Part shown: positions 60,841 to 64,000 of the stretch, in pieces | Position numbering within the stretch: the first letter of the stretch is position 1 | How the letters are laid out: the number at the start of each line of letters is the position of its first letter | NCBI GenBank assembly: GCA_002269645.1 | Contig: NIVC01002009.1 | Location: 1-64,000 of the forward strand | Source: Macrostomum lignano | Taxonomy: Eukaryota | Direction: 5' to 3' | DNA length: 64,000 nt | The notes under the pieces: generated by a model | Told to the model about the DNA's origin: nothing | What the model saw: the letters and a program-made list of their open reading frames with translations, nothing else | The model's database searches: none | Translations under genes and position numbers: made by a program

Positions 60841-62180
60841 ATGCGCGTCTGCTGGCACATGTCTGTCGCGGGCCGCTACCTGCTGCTGTGCCTGTACCTG
60901 TGCCTGTGGGTGTTCGCCCTCTTCAACTACAGCAGCAGGTGCCGCTACTCGCAGCCGGACGTCTTCATTGAAGACTGGCCAGCCGACGACTCAAGGCTGA
61001 AGTCGGGCCGCTGTTACCTGCGGCGGGACAGCCTCCAGCTGCAGCCAATAGATATGCATAATGCACCTGAGCTGCATCATCTAGAGACTGCTCTGGCTGG
61101 TCCCGAAGTTCCGGCACAGATGAGGTTGCGTCCTGGCGGAAGCTGGGCTCCATCAAACTGCACCCCACTGCAACACGTAGCCGTGATGGTGGCCTTCAGG
61201 AATCGGGACTTTCACTTGCGGCTGCTGCTGAACCGGCTGCATCGGATGCTGAGAAGGCAGCTGATCAAGTACACTGTGTTTGTGGTTGAGCAGGTGAGTA
61301 ATGCGTTAAGCAGTAACTTGAGCAGTTGAGCAGGCAGTTAAGCAGTGAGTTGAGCAGTGAGCTGTGAATTGAGCAGGTGAGCAGGCAGTTGAGCACTGTG
61401 TTTCAGCACGTAAACAGACTTAAGCAGATAGAGGCAGCTTCTAAAATCTACCCAGCCTCTGTGCCCCATCACCCAGACCGGACCGGAGCCCTTCAACCGA
61501 GGCATGCTGATGAACGTTGGCGTGGTGGAGGCCCTGAAGCTGGCCAGCTTTGACTGCTTCATCTTCCACGATGTGGACATGATTCCCGAGCACGATCGGA
61601 ATGTGTACCTGTGCGATGAGAACGCCAGGCACCTGGCATCCGCCATTGACGAGATGCGGTATCACGTGATGTTCTACAACTACCTCGGCGCTGTGCTGGG
61701 TGAGTAGCTATGCCGATATGTATCGTTTGACGTGTTGTTAGTAAGCGGGATTAAAACCAGTTCTCTTCCCATCGGTCGTGTGCAGCGATGAGCAGCAAGA
61801 ACTTCTTCCGCATCAACGGCTTCTCCAACGTGTACTGGGGCTGGGGCAACGAGGACGACGACATCAGCGCCCGCACGATGGAGGCCGGCATGCTGGTGTC
61901 CCGTCCGCCGCCCACCCTCGGCCGCTACAAGATGGTGCGCCACCCCAAGGCCGTCCGCATCGAGAGCGGCAACGAGTACTTCATGGCCTGGCGGGCCAGG
62001 CACTATGAGGACGGGCTGAACGCGCTGAGCAGGGCCTCGTACTCAGTGCTGAGTCGCCAGGCGATGCCTTTGTACACAAACATCTCCGTGCGGCTGTCCC
62101 GCCAGCGGCATCGAATAACGCCCGAGTGGCTGTCCAACTCGGACTCCGTATGGTGGTTTCTGCGATTCTACTATCCATAG
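60841..62180 (+). CDS. Beta-1,4-galactosyltransferase family (GT7), copy 2, exons 60841-61293, 61477-61699, 61786-62180
   Basis: Same peptides as copy 1 (offset 7604) apart from the N-terminal ~9 residues. An AG acceptor at ~60815 precedes the likely ATG. Confidence 0.92.
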
Positions 62181-62972
62181 GCCGCCCTTTTTGACCCTGT
62201 CGAGTTGAGCTTTTGGCGCAGCGGTCCAGCCAAGAGGCATTCGCTCTTAGCAACTGCATTACGAGCGTAGCGCCCCAATCACGCGGGTGAGTCGCCCATC
62301 AGCCCCACCTGAGAATCGCCCATCAGCCTCACATGAGAATCGCCCATCAGCCTCACATGAGAATCGCCCATCAGCCTCACCTGAGAATCGCCCATCAGCC
62401 TCACATGTGAATCGCCCATCAGACCCATCTGAGAATCGCCTCTAAATTACTGATAAAATCTGTCTTAATCCACTCCAGAGAGTCCGAAACGGACCAACCG
62501 CAGTCAGCGCAACTCGCAGCCTGTATAGTCATAAAACTGAATGCTGAATTCTTCCACCGAGAGCTGCCCATATTGAAGTATTATTATATAAACCTACCTT
62601 TGATGTACTATAGCTCCAATTGCAATCGGAATTATATTCCATTTTTTGTTTCGCTCAGCTTTGACTCTCCAGTTAATGCGAGTAAGTAATATTATTGATT
62701 ACTTATCCCTGGTGCTCGTTCGTCAAATCGCAATATTATTTTAGGCTTTTCGCTTCCCTGAATTGGTAGTTTTTTCTATGTATTTTACTGCAATGTCGGC
62801 GCTATACTACTATTAATAAATTAAATTGTTTAAATATAAATGATTTCTTGACGCTTCAATGTCATATTGATGTTTAGTTCACAGTTTTATGAAATTACTC
62901 AGCTTATGTAATTGTTAAGTGAATTAAAAAACCTTGCTTTGCTGGACATCGCTTCTTTGTTCATCGCTTATC

Positions 62973-63625
62973 GGGGGCGCAGATAAGGAGGGGGTTGGGC
63001 GCAGATAAGGAGGGGGGTTGGGCGCAGATAAGGAGGGGGTTGGGCGCAGATAAGGGGGTTGGGCGCAGATAAGGAGGTGGGTTGGGCGCAGATAAGGAGG
63101 TGGGTTGGGCGCAGATAAGGAGGGGGGTTGGGCGCAGATAAGGAGGGGGGTTGGGCGCAGATAAGGAGGGGGGTTGGGCGCAGATAAGGAGGGGGGTTGG
63201 ACGCAGATAATGAGGGGGGTTGGGCGCAGATAAGGAGGGGGGTTGGACGCAGATAAGGAGGGGGGTTGGGCGCAGATAAGGAGGGGGTTGGACGCAGATA
63301 CTGAGGGGGGTTGGGCGCAGATAAGGAGGGGGTTGGACGCAGATAATGAGGGGGGTTGGGCGCAGATAATGAGGGGGGTTGGGCGCAGATAATGAGGGGG
63401 GTTGGGCGCAGTTAAGGAGGGGGGTTGGGCGCAGATAATGAGGGGGGTTGGGCGCAGATAATGAGGGGGGTTGGGCGCAGTTAAGGAGGGGGTTGGGCGC
63501 AGATACTGAGGGGGTTGGGCGCAGATAATGAGGGGGGTTGGGCGCAGATAAGGAGGGGGTTGGACGCAGATAATGAGGGGGTTTGGGCGCAGATACTGAG
63601 GGGGGTTGGGCGCAGATAATGAGGG
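62973..63625. repeat. G-rich ~22-bp minisatellite, expanded copy (~29 units)
   Basis: Visible array. Confidence 0.93.
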
Positions 63626-64000
63626 TAAGAGCACGACTGAGGAAAGAGGGTAAAATTGAATTGCAAATCAGAAGTGAGCAAGAGGGAGAGAGAAAAGAAA
63701 GATTGAACTGGACAGAGGGAAGCAGTAAACAGAGGGACGACCGGACGAGGCAGTTTAACTGGAGAGATGACCAGACGACTTAGAAAGTTGCGACATCCAG
63801 AGCCATTATGCTTCTGACGAATGCGCCTGGATCCGAAAACCACCCTGCAAAGTGTCTCGCAGTTACTGTCTGGCACAATTCCGCTGACTCCTAAGCACTC
63901 ACTCAGGGTGTAGAGGCCCTGACTTTCTCATCGATTGTCAGGCATGGTACACGTGTTGTATTTTCTGCTTTTGTCCGTGCAGACCGAAGACCGGGTGGTT

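Larger units (their letters stand above)
53260..63870 (+). repeat. Tandem segmental duplication: ~53260-55810 versus ~60864-63870
   Basis: Collinear homology spanning the GT7 gene, its 3' flank and the minisatellites. Confidence 0.93.

Overview
Invertebrate (metazoan) genomic DNA with GC-rich exons, short GT-AG introns and many intronic or intergenic minisatellites. A free-living flatworm such as Macrostomum is my inference only. I reconstructed these spliced genes by hand: a secreted PAN/Apple+fibrinogen-domain protein, an innexin, an uncharacterised X-box-associated gene (possibly a ciliary microtubule protein), cytochrome b5, a Mab-21/cGAS-fold protein with a degenerate active site, YLPM1, a MAK/ICK kinase, TFIIF-alpha (RAP74), and two tandem beta-1,4-galactosyltransferase paralogs. 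Mobile DNA comprises a decayed LINE, two tRNA-derived CORE-like SINEs, a solo LTR, hAT and Tc1/mariner non-autonomous elements, and a 5.95-kb non-autonomous Gypsy-like LTR element in the cytochrome b5 intron. That element is the most striking object in the window. Its LTRs look identical and end in an array of ~55-bp modules, each an integrase-type end (..ACA) followed by a primer-binding site for a different tRNA. It keeps gag but only a decayed pol tail, and carries an unknown 347-aa cargo ORF behind an apparent internal Pol II promoter. All alignments were done by eye; no database searches were run.
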